Assembly (NCBI GenBank): GCA_951406725.2
Contig: OX597843.1
Span: 20,708,001-20,772,000, forward strand
Length of the DNA: 64,000 nt
Direction: 5' to 3'
Source: Octopus vulgaris
Taxonomy: Eukaryota
Part shown: piece by piece, positions 52,280 through 64,000 of the stretch
Position numbering within the stretch: position 1 is the first letter of the stretch
Layout: each line of letters starts with the position of its first letter
The notes under the pieces: generated by a model
What the model saw: only the letters and a program-made list of their open reading frames with translations
Database searches by the model: none
What the model was told of the DNA's origin: nothing
Position numbers and translations under genes: made by a program

Positions 52280-53080
52280 TATAATTTTTAATATATTGAC
52301 CGGTTTCGATATCGCTATTCATGATATCATATTTTACTTATTTGAAAATATATTTTTCTTAGAAAGAAATTTTGTCCATGTTGTGTTTGATGAAATTCAC
52401 GAGTGAATGACTTCACAAGTGGATAAATAAAGGGCGGTTATTGGTTGTCGTTATTCATGTTATTGTTGTGGGTAAGGGTGATAACGGTTCAACTTTCGGT
52501 AATGGGTGCGGATTATATAGGAGTACAGACAGACAAGTTTCAAAAACCTTGTTTAGTAGGGGATTTATGTACAGTGATGTAATCGTGAATTGAAATATAT
52601 AAAAATGATAACAGTTGGTTATGTGTGGATATTAAGGCGTTTTCTTGTATTTTTCAATGAAAAAAGTTTCTTTATTTAAACGCTCTAGTTGAGAGATTGC
52701 GTTATTGCACTAGTAAAAAGGGAAGAGTGTGAAATTTGGTTTGATGTTACCTGCACAAGATTCTATATGTTCACTGAAAGGAATTTGTCTGTATTCCGGG
52801 AAACGGATTTGCCCTTAATTTAGAGTGGTTCTCTTTCTCAAGGTCATACTCGTTTGTCCAATATAGTGGTGACTCCAACCCGAGCAGGTTATTACATGAA
52901 TTAGGTTCTCAGATGCACAAGTGAAACTGGTTTTAATTGTGAACCTCTGTCCTTGTTTGAAAAGGAAGTCCGAGCCTTCAAGCAGGTTGGGGCAGGTTCC
53001 ACAGTTTGGGCGTCCATATTTTTCAATCGTTGGTTTTTTGGTTGCTTTGTAAAGCTTCGCGTTTGTTAGTAGTCTGGATC
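52280..53080 (-). mobile_element. Penelope-like GIY-YIG and 3' fragment
   Basis: CGTCPNL...FTCASENLIHVITCSG...YIGQTSMTLRKR (52815..53084). GAAACCGGTC hammerhead half-motif on the minus strand at ~52298-52307. Confidence 0.85.
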
Positions 53081-53599
53081 CCATCAGACATATCGATAAA
53101 GTTGTGTGTGGCTAAAGATTTCGAGTGTCATCTGGCATGTTGTTATATCGCCATCTAGTTGGGGAACGAATAAAATACAAATAAGACTGCAGACATGCAA
53201 AAGATTCAAATATGAACGTGGAAGTCTTGCGTTCCTCTTTAGATAAAGTGACGTAATGAGCTTTCGCTTTCATAACTGCTTAGAGGGAAAAGAAAGTAGT
53301 AGAAGAGAAAGAAGAAAGAAAATAGGGAGGGGAGGAAAAAGAATACTCAGATATAAATACTCAAATATAAATATAATTAGTGGAGATCTTATTCCTTGTC
53401 TCTCTGCAGTGGAGATCTTATTCCTTGTCAGCCGTGCATACCTCTGTTCATCACTTTGAGATGCTCTGTTTTTTTCGTAGTGCCCAGTCTGTTCCTTTCT
53501 TGGTATGCTTCCCTTTCTGCAGCTGTCTCTCTTTCCCTGGACAGAGACATTCTTTTGGCTTTATCTTGACATTGTGGACAAATTTGACACCTTCCTTCT

Positions 53600-56500
53600 A
53601 GGCATGGTTATACAGAAATACACGGGCGTAGAAGATAGTAAACAATGAAAATAACTGGGTAACGAAAATTATATTTCTTAATACGACGAGCAGAACATTA
53701 ACAAGGTAGTTTTCCGGAGAATAAAGAATCGTACGGGTTGAAGCGAAATTTGTCACTTAGTGAACCAAAAAGCCAGCATCGAAGGAACCAGAAAAAAGCC
53801 ATTAACAACAGACAAACAAAAAACCGGCGCAAAAGTAAATAAGAAATTTTTAGGGAAATTAACTATGTGCGTGGGTTTAAGTGAAATGTTTGAAGTTACT
53901 CCTGTCAGTAAATTATAATCTTGCAATTATCAGTAATTCCTTCAACAACAACAAAAAGAAAACACAAAACGTTGCAAAATTAAATAAGAAATTTACCGAA
54001 GTGTACGGATTGAAGTGGAATTTATGAAGTTAAAGCCTCCGGGTAAATCAGCAGAGAAAAGAAAGATTCCAGCATCTCACCTCAACCTTTTCTTTCCAAT
54101 GTCTTTAATGACTGCATCAGCGATCCCTTTCTGCTCGTTGGTAAGGGTTGCAATGCGTGGGTGGTTCATGTCATCTTTCTGCTCAACCCGTAACATTCCA
54201 ATTGGTTCAAGCAAGCTAATATTAAACCAGCTGGTGCCATTTTCAATTAACACAGAATTTATGGAGTGTAGAGTCTGCATTCAGCCCTCGCTGAGCATAA
54301 TCTTCCATGAAAGAATTCTTGTCAGTATTCCACAGGCGAAGAAAATTGGAAGGATTTGAATAGATGCAGAGGACAGCAAACGTAATACGCAACTGAAATG
54401 GCATCCGATACGCAGTAGCTTCAAGTATAGTATGCTCCAAACCCTCATCTTTTTGGAGGAGACCAACTCATATGTACGCACCTTTAAATGTTGCATAGAT
54501 TTCACCTCCTACAGTGCTCACTTCTCAAAGCGCTTAGCACCTGGAACATCCGAAATAGCAATTGTAAATAAATTTTTTTTACGTCCTTAGGGTTTTCAGG
54601 GTGCAGTTATTTCATTGCAAGGGGAAAAATTGTAGCGCCTTATATAAACCGTTCTTTCGAAACGTATTTCACACTTTCGTAATTGTACATTTTCACTCCT
54701 GGCACCTCCAATCTCTTGTTGTTCAATTAAGTGCATGTTCCCATATAACTCAGCCTAAGGATTTACTTGTTGCACATGACACCCAATCTTTGAGAAGAGC
54801 TTTGGGAGTTCTGACTTGCTTCCACTCTGTGATGCATTAATAATATACAACTGACTGTACTGCAGGTGACCATTGACAGTTCGTAGTGTTGTGCAATGTT
54901 TGGCCCTGAATACGTTCTATATCCTGGTATTGGATATATAATTTAACGAAGCTATTTACACGACGCAATACGATTACTATTACATGAGACTCGACGCTCT
55001 CTGCCAACGGATCATAGGGAAATGCTTACCAATCAATTGTTCACAATCAATTGCTTACGACTAGACAGTTCTCCATGTAATGGAAATGTGTCAGACCACT
55101 TTTAGTCACTTGTAATGTTGTCAGAATCTTTCCACAGCATATCCCCTTTATAGAATTAGTCTCCCCTAAATTCTTCCCTTGAGAATTAAAATCACTCAGA
55201 GTTTTAATATCTCTTATGCTTAGGGCTCAATTCTTGTTTCCGTTCTTTTCGTTTTCAGGTGCTAGAACGTGTAATTGCAAATTGTTTCTGTGCTGGTACC
55301 TCAAACGTGTCGTGCAATACTTTCATGAGAAATTCACTTCTTTTGTCTGATTTTTCCTTGAATCAGGTTTTAAGTTGGTTAATAATTCTTTTATGTTCGA
55401 TAATTGTTTTTACCTTTTACCAGGAATATCATTCTTGCAATTTATATAAAAATTGTACCATCCTCCCAGCCTTGTTTAATATATGTATAGTTCTTTAATA
55501 AAGTTTGTCAGCTAACTTGAATAATTTTGAAATATTATTCCTTTTTTCTTTTATTTTCACTCGGTATCGGCTGATCAAAGATGGATGTGATTATTCTAAC
55601 AAACATCAAATATCTTTGTAACCAGAGATGTTTGCTTTCTACATTTATGCACTTCAGACCGTGTTGAAAAACATTCCCCAACAACGAAGTGACATGAAAC
55701 CTTAAGTGGTTTTGGGCACGGGTGCCATATCGTGACGGGTGTATTATGAGCTAGAGAACAGCGTATTGCATACTATCACTATATCTTCAATGTTACAGTC
55801 CGTTGTTGGCCAGTATACCTAACTTCTCATTAACGATTTCATTATTGAAATCCCTTTGACTCAATATGAAATTCCATTAGTAATTGCTTTTGTAGTGTGG
55901 CTGGCACTACGACTCTTTGTGCATACATCAGCACATTGTCACACCTTGTGATAGGCTCGAATATCTTTTATCTCTTTTACCCTTTTGCATTTCTTTCATT
56001 TTTTAATGAATTTTATCGTTTCCCAATTGTAATTTTATATCTTGTAAGGTAAATAGCAGTTCACGAATGGAGTTATACCGTTTGCTTTTAATTTCATTTT
56101 CTATTCGCAAAGTAGCAATCACGGTATCTTCAAATGGTTCACCATTTTCTGAAATCGGTCTTGATAAACAATTACCGGGTCCTAATTATTTAGATGGTAT
56201 ATACTGTATCTTAAATTCATAGTTTAATGATACAGTACCCCAGCGTTGCAGCCTATTAGCAGTACGGCTAGATCTTTATTTCTTTTACTCTTGTTCTGAT
56301 AATAACGGACGATGATCTGTCTGTATTCAAAAACTTCTGCCGTGTAAAAATCTATGCAATTTTTTACGGCAAAAATAATTACAAGAGCCTCTTTTTTGAT
56401 TTGGCTGTAATATTTTCTGCTGATATCAAGAACCACCGCCTTCATGTTACCATCTTCTTATTTATGTAGCATTACTGCGCCGATTCAGTATTCAGAGGCA

Positions 56501-59500
56501 TCTGAAGTTACAACTTTCTCCGCTACAGAATCGAAGCGTGCTAACAAACAAATCAGATGTTAATACTTTAAAATTTCGTCGAATTCCCTTTGACAATTTT
56601 CAGAGCAATTTCAATTGACATTTTTTAAATACATAATCTACTGTAACACTTACCCTATGCATATTGAGAATAGGATTTTGGTCATAATTTGCCTGTCTCC
56701 AAAGCAATCATGTAAGGTCATCATATTTGTCGGAGGGGGCATGTATTTAATTGCGTCTGCCTTCAACGGATCTGGTCCTCGTCCATTTCTTTTTAATATA
56801 ATCCCTAATTTTTTCGAACATATATATTACTTGCTCTACATGGTGATCCCGTGATTCGCATTTAATGAGTATATCATCCAGATATGGAAATGCAAATTTA
56901 CTATCGCTAACACTGCATCCATAAGCTGTTGAAAAATCGGTGTGACATTAAAGACATATAATAACCTGTTGTATATATATATGCGTTAAGTTTTAGGTAT
57001 TTATAGCATTCATCGTCTACGCTAATATGTAGGCACGCGTCGGAGACATCCAATTAAGAAAATACCTTGTGGAAAGTTTTAAGACACTCATTTAAACCAG
57101 TGGAAAAAATCAGCATACACTCTGATTTTGTTTATTTGTTTCTAACGCTGCAAAAGTTTATCTGTTCCCACGATGCAAAAGTTACAGTTTGTTTATATTT
57201 AAATACCGGTTTGGCATTTACTTTTACTTGGAACTTCGTTTTCGTTGTGATGCTGAGATCTAATTTATCAGAGAGAACTTCAGGAAAAATCTTTTAAAAT
57301 TATTTCTACAAATCGTCCGACGATTCATTTGTATTGGCAAGAAAACCATTCACATTTTTACTGAAAAGATTTATGGCGAGTTCCCATAAGTTAAACAATT
57401 CTATTCAGTGTTCCGAATAAATTTGTGATATTATTCAACACAAAATCTTTGGTTTTTAAGGTTTTCCCACGAAATGGAAGGTGATTTATCATTAAGACGT
57501 TAAAATGTAATTATTTTCCTGAAACACCACCTACAATTTTCGAAATGTCTTTTAATCTAGGAATTCTGTTTTTTTCTACGTATCTGTGTTAATTATCGAG
57601 ATATCACTGCCCTTATCTAGTTGCAACTTTACGTACACAAATTTCCTTTGAGGCTGTTCGTTTTTTGATCACCGATAACCTGTTTTCGTGTTTTCTTTCT
57701 GTTGAAATGTTTTCCAGGTTTGTTCTACAGTGTGATATTTTATGATCTCTCTTGCCTCATCTGACGCCTTTTATATTTTTAAACGGGCAATTACTTTTAA
57801 AATGTTGACCACCGCAAACATAAGATTGATTCGATCTTGACATTTTTTCTCTTATTTCTTAACCGTTACAGTGGAGACACTGGAATATGAGAGCAATCTT
57901 TTTCTTCAATTTCGTTTTGGGCGTCGCTTTCTTCATTTTTTTCTGCGTCGTCTTTCCTGACATTCTTCTGCTTCTGTTTGTAGAGTTACTTTTTCTCTAG
58001 TTCTAATTTTGTTGATATCCGTGAACATATATCTTCATCTTTGCTTGCAGTTTGGCCTTAAACCAAACATATGCGTTTGAACAGCATCTTAATTCATATG
58101 ATTTGAATTTTTTACACTTTCCGTTATTCTTTCTGGCATTCTTCTGCTTCTGTCTGAAGAGTTAATTTTCGTCCAGTTCTAAATCATTTGATAAAATGTT
58201 AATAGTTTTTATTGAAACAAATCTCACCTGACTTCATGGGCAGAATATAATTACTATATTTTTTTGTATTCGGCAAGTGATACCTGTCTTACAATGTAGT
58301 CGTACAATTTTTCCCCTCAGATCAATTTATAAATTCTTCTTTGAAAATTTATTCGTATCTTCGAAAATATGCAGAGAAGGTAATCCCATCTTCTGGATTA
58401 TAACTGAATTCTTCAATAGAGATTGCTACGCTGTCGGGCAAGTTCACACCTGAAGTATTTTTAGACTTCTTTAACATTGATTCCAGCAACACTTGGTTTT
58501 GTTGTTGTTGCTGTTGTAGTTGCTCTTGTTGTTACTATTGTTGCTGTTGCAACTGCACCACAGATGCCATTAAGCCTTCTATCTTAAACGATTTTTCTTT
58601 GGTTTCATACCCATCCCAAACAAATTTAAATGTCCAACGCAAACTTCGAAGAACTCTTCGCCACTTTTATACCCTGGTTTGGAACATATGATTTAAGGAA
58701 TCAGGGGGAAAGAAAGTGTTTACACGACGCGAATCGATTACCCAACGCTCTCTGTCAATGGCTCACAGTGAACTAGTTTCCAGTTAATTGCTGAAGACTC
58801 GACAGTTGTCTATTTAATAGGAATATGTCAGTTCCCTTTAAGTCAATTGGAAGGTGGTCGGAATCCTTCCACAACAATACAGAAACAATGTAGACCTCTT
58901 CCTTGCGGCACAGAGAGTCTCACACCAAATAACGTAAAGGAAGATATGCAGTTGTAATTGCTGATGTTTTTTTCGAAATGAAGCAGACTCTTGGTAATTT
59001 TCTCAGACAAACGCTTCAATGTCTGAGGGTTTAGTTGCAGTGGAGGAAAGTTCCCTTTCTTATTGTGACAGTAAAATGAAGTTTTCATATTTAAAGTTCA
59101 GTGTTCCACAATACTCGCAATATAAGTACATATCACCAATACGATAGGTTCGTTTAGGATTATTGTGTCTGTTCAGTGGTAGTCCATGTCTTGCTTCACG
59201 CTTTCGTTGCACCTGTTCATCTCGCAAACGTAACGCCTGTTCAGCATTCACACTTGCAACTCCATTTTGATGTCTCTCTGTTTGACCTTGGAGACAAGCA
59301 GCCCTTTCCAAATCATCCATATTCTCCCTTCTCTGTTACATTACGCTTTTCTGTTGGTCCTGATACTGCGCACACTGCATATCATTCATGTTTTCCATTC
59401 TCCGCTGAAATATCAATCTTTGTTGTTCCTTGTACTGTGTTTGTTCTTCCTCATCCTGTCTTCTACCTTGGTCTCGCATTCTCTCTCACTACAATTGTGC

Positions 59501-59903
59501 CTTGCGTTGCTCTTCGTCTATTGCAGATCGTCTCATCTGTTGGTACCATTTGTCCCTTTCTCTGATTTCTTACCGCTGTTATTCTCTTATACGCTGCCTA
59601 TAGTACCTAACCCTCTCGCGAGTAGCTTCTAATCTTCTTCCTCTCTCCACTGTTCAGTCAAGTTTTGTAATTTGCTTATTTCATAAGCACAGCTTTGGAA
59701 CAAGGACCAAATAACCGTAAACTGCGAATTTCTATCTCGCCGTAGCAGAAGCACAACCAAAGACAGATTGTATGAGAAGCAGTAACAACATCAACCGGGA
59801 TCTTGCAGAGATGGAATTTACAGTGTGTCCACCTTGATTTTAATTGAAATATATATATTTTAATTATAATGTGTATATTTCTTAATTGTAATATATATAT
59901 ATA

Positions 59904-59948
<45 letters not shown>

Positions 59949-60586
59949 GCGTTACATTTGACACTGTAAATAAGTGTGAATATTTAACAGAATTGCAGTT
60001 ATGAGCTTGCGTTAAGTGATAGGGGATATAAAATACTTAGTTCAATTCAAAAGTTACTTTGCATTATGCACTCACAATTACCACTTCCACCACAACCACT
60101 ACCACCTTCTCTCACTCCCCTTTCTCTCATTTTCTCAGTTAATCTATCTATCTATTTATCTACCTATCTGCCTTCCTTTAATCTCACCATCAGAACATCA
60201 CCGCTCTGCTAAGATTATATTCGTAAACCTCCTCAATATCACTACCTTCAACTAACTTTTTCATCACGTAATAAATATTACGTTCCCCCTACCACATGTC
60301 ATCTCCCTCTTTTTCTCCCTCGCTCTTTTTTCTCTCCCCTTTTCTCCTTCTCCCTCTCTTTCTGCCCCACTCTTCGACTTACTTTCGTTTTCTCATTTCT
60401 TTTTCTTTCTCTTGGTCTCTCATTCCATTCAACTAATCACGTGAAAGCATTACAGTCACGTTCCTTCTACCTCAGGTCATGGACATTTCTCTTTCGCCCT
60501 TTTTCGTTCTCCCTCTTTTTCTCTAATCACGAGAAAGCTTTACCGACGGACTAATTAACATAATGACAAGCAGAATTATTATAAGA
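53600..60586 (-). mobile_element. Helitron copy B (Rep core deleted), with nested Gypsy
   Basis: Duplicate of 5941-13538. 5' TC at 60586. Left boundary uncertain. Confidence 0.85.
54914..58876 (-). mobile_element. Gypsy copy B, retaining the gag start, PBS and full 5' LTR
   Basis: LTRs at 54914-55139 and ~58665-58876. PBS-like TGGCGAAGAG (minus strand, ~58654-58663). ATAC at 54910-54913 and 58877-58880. Confidence 0.9.
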
Positions 60587-61295
60587 TCAGAAATATTATA
60601 TTTAAGTTTTCTTCATGACAGACTCCTTCGTTCCCTCCTTATTTTTTATATCATTCTTTTCTTCAGCTCCTACATTTTCTGCCACTTCTCTTATTGTTGT
60701 TTTAAAGTAGTTGCTGTTGTTGTTGCATACCATCATTATCATCACCATCATCATTATCATCATCCTCATCATTATCATCATCATATTCTCCTTGTTGTTG
60801 TTCTTCTCCTTCTTTTTCTTCTTATACTTCTCTTCTTCTTCTCCTGCTCCACCAATTCCTCCACATCCTCCTCCTTCTTCTTCTTCTTCTTCTACTTTTT
60901 CTTCTTCTACTACTACTACTACTGCTACCACTACCACTACTACTGCTGCTGCTGCTTCATCGTTGTTTCTTCTTCGGCTTATTCTTCATCATCAACTTTC
61001 TCTTATGTTAGTCATCTTCTTCATAATAAGATCACGATATGTCATCCAATGTCATTTCCACAAACTAAATGTCTCTCTTATCTTCTTTATTTACCCTCAT
61101 TCTTCTACAATTCATATTGTCTTGCAATTTATGTTTGCCTGTGAGTAAGAAAGTGGGAATATATGTGAGGGCTGGAAGTGAGTGTGTGCGTTCATACATC
61201 AGGGTTTGATAAGGTATATATAGGTGGATGTGTGTATGTACACACACGCACACACACACACACACACATACACACACATATATATATATACACAC

Positions 61296-61329
<34 letters not shown>

Positions 61330-61648
61330 ATATAGGAATATATATATATATATATATTTAGGAATGATCATTTTGCCAGTTTAGCCAATAAAAACACACG
61401 CACTATATATTTCGTGTTACTTTCATTCAGCTTTATTGATTTTTGACATTAATCTTAATCTTATTTCGGCCAGATTTCTTTCGAACGTATATAAACAGGA
61501 GATTCAAATATTACAGGCATCCCCCCACACACACACTCTAACTAAACATAGACACATATAGATGTATATCCATATGCGCAAATTCAAAATGCAAAATGGC
61601 TGATCGTTAGTAAGGAGAGACACACAAATATGAATGAAGAAAGCAATG

Positions 61649-61692
61649 AACCACTGATGAGGTCACAGGAGTGTGACGAAAGAACTCTGGCC
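61649..61692 (+). ncRNA. Minimal type I hammerhead motif (duplicate of 14467)
   Basis: CCA-CTGATGA-g-GTCAC aggagt GTGAC-GAAA-GAAC-TC-TGG, inside the inverted-end element 61355-61870. Confidence 0.7.
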
Positions 61693-61871
61693 GAAATAAG
61701 GGTAAGATTAATGTAAAAAATAATAACGCTGAAGCAAAGTAACACCAAATATATAGTGCGTGTGTTTTTTATTGGCTAAACTGACAAAATGACCATTCCT
61801 AAATACAACAAATATCTGTTTCAACACACGATTTCACATCAAAATTCTTGCAAAACAAATACATAAACGTG

Positions 61872-61949
<78 letters not shown>

Positions 61950-62396
61950 TGCGTTTGTTTGATGTGTGACTATAGTTTTTGTATTTATATTCTTTTATTC
62001 CCACTTGTTTCCCCATTCTGATATTCCACGTTATTTTTCCTGTCTTAATATATCTTCTTTTCCTGCATTTATCGTCTTCATCACAACTTTTTCTCTACAT
62101 TCATCTTGTTCATCATATTCTGGTTCTTCTGCTTTTAATTTTTTCAACTGATTTCTCCTCTCTTCACGAATCATTTTTGCTTCTTCTTCTTCTTCTTCTT
62201 CTTCTTCTTCTTCTTCTTCTTCTTCTTCTTCTTCTTCTTCTTCTTCTTCTTCTTCTTCTACTTTTTCTTCTTCGTCTTCTTCTATTTTTCTATATCTATA
62301 ATTCTATGATTTATTTTCCTTCACATTCTTCGTTATTCTTATCAGTTTCTAATTTTTCATCACATCTTTCATCATATTTATGGTCATCATCGTCGC

Positions 62397-62461
<65 letters not shown>

Positions 62462-62484
62462 GTATCATCTTCTGCGCTATCATA

Positions 62485-62955
62485 TATTCCTGTGAATATA
62501 TTCCTTCTTAGCCAGGACTGGGCAGCTAGAGATAATATGATTTATTGTTTCTTGTCCATCTCCACATATTCTGCAGTTACTTGTAATATTTCTTTTCATT
62601 ACATGTTTTTGGTAATTTCTGGTGGGGAGGCTTTGGTCTTGTGCTGCAATTAAAAATCCCTCTGTTTCTGCTTTGAGTCCTGAGCTTCTCAACCATTGCT
62701 GGGATTTTTCTTTGTCTATTTCTTTTGCGTTTAGTTTAGTTCAGTATTTACCATGAAGGGGTTTTTCTTGCCATCGTTTTATCATGGCTCGTTGCTGTTC
62801 TATTTTTAGTTTGGATTTCATTTGTTTTATAGCTTTTGTTGTTTCTTCATCATCTTCTTCTTCTTCTTCATATTTATTAGGTGGTATGATTTCTTGTTTG
62901 TATTTGTCAGCTTCCTTAAATACTGAGAACAGTTTTTTGTTTTGCTCGTGTTTTG
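62485..62955 (-). mobile_element. Dong/R4-like RLE LINE fragment abutting a (TAA)n tract
   Basis: WQEKPLHGKY and ETEGFLIAAQDQSLPTRNY...CRICG...ETINHIISSCPVLA. Absent from copy A. Confidence 0.8.
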
Positions 62956-62956
62956 C

Positions 62957-63034
<78 letters not shown>

Positions 63035-63469
63035 AACGAAATACATTATAATCGAACCAAGTGAAACCGAGTTTATTGAGCAGAGAACTTTTTGAAATGT
63101 CAACTGATGAGAAACATCTGCAAAGAAAGATGCACCGCGGCCAATCGACCATTATCTCATCCCTGAGGGGCCGATTGAAGACGGGTAGAAACGGCAGTAA
63201 TGATTAATGTATCACGTAGAATCCACTTTCCATTTCCGTCATACGTGTGTGTGTGTATTTTGTATGTGTCTGTATTGTGTATGTGTGGTTGTGTGTGCAT
63301 ACGCTTAGGCGTTGGCATGGCTGTGTGATAGGAATTTTGCTTCTGTATTCAGTCCTTCTGCGTGTACTCTGCTTTCCAACCGAACAAACCCGTGTATGTT
63401 AGTTACTTGGGTACACGGTAACTGAAGGAAATCCGTTGTATATATAAATTTTCTGAACGAGCTATGTTT

Positions 63470-63970
63470 AATAGAAGTAACTCATGTTACCTGAGCAATA
63501 ATACAACTGCCCCAGCTTTTCTGACACTTTCCGAAATCCGGCCTGGACTTAGTTTCCATAGGCGAGTCGAGGACCTCTTGACTTCGACAATGATGATAAG
63601 TTTGCTCTTGATCTCGACCTTTGAGCTGATTTTTCATCTTGAGAAACGGATGCATGTCAGCAGGTGGTAAATCTGGCGAATAGGGCTGATGCGGACGCAG
63701 TTGCATGTTGTTTTTGGCAAGAAACTTACGAGTGAGGTGATAGGTGCATTTTTGTCGTGAAAAATTCAATACTTCGCGAATCCAGATCCGGTCATTTTCC
63801 CCAAACGTCCTCCCTGAATAATCTCCCAATGTACAATACCGAGGATATCGGAAAAATATGATGAACTTGCTCTTTATTAAGCTGTGATTTATTCGTGCGC
63901 CCATACACTCGAAACATTACGTACGACCCACTGTCGTAGAGTAATGTTTCGAGTTGTAAGGTACCTCACG
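63470..63970 (-). mobile_element. Mariner remnant, copy B
   Basis: HQPYSPDLPPADMHPFLKMKNQLKG. Confidence 0.8.
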
Positions 63971-64000
63971 AGTGGAATTATATATGAAAGAATGTTTGAA

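Overview
AT-rich, microsatellite-dense eukaryotic DNA, almost entirely decayed and nested transposons. The SINE families resemble octopus/cephalopod repeats; this is from recall, not a database search. The main structure is a large direct segmental duplication: 1-~17730 recurs at ~40180-64000 with copy-specific indels. Elements recognised by motif are Tx1/L1-like LINEs (one apparently ORF1-only), Helitrons, a Gypsy LTR element nested in a Helitron with both LTRs, PBS, PPT and a TSD, several Penelope-like elements (PLEs), HERO-like and Dong/R4-like RLE LINEs, RTE and CR1-like LINEs, piggyBac and mariner remnants, and tRNA-derived SINEs. Two signals are invisible or unrecognisable in the ORF track. 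First, there are more than a dozen intact or degenerate type I hammerhead-ribozyme motifs from several distinct families, often in fold-back or tandem non-coding units; one family carries a U3-A8 core variant in three copies. Second, there are host-gene traces: a clean 72-bp phase-2 LRR exon (15775-15846) and a probable signal-peptide/LRRNT exon (16224-~16350), both present in duplicate A and deleted in duplicate B. All coordinates were read by eye and element boundaries are approximate.
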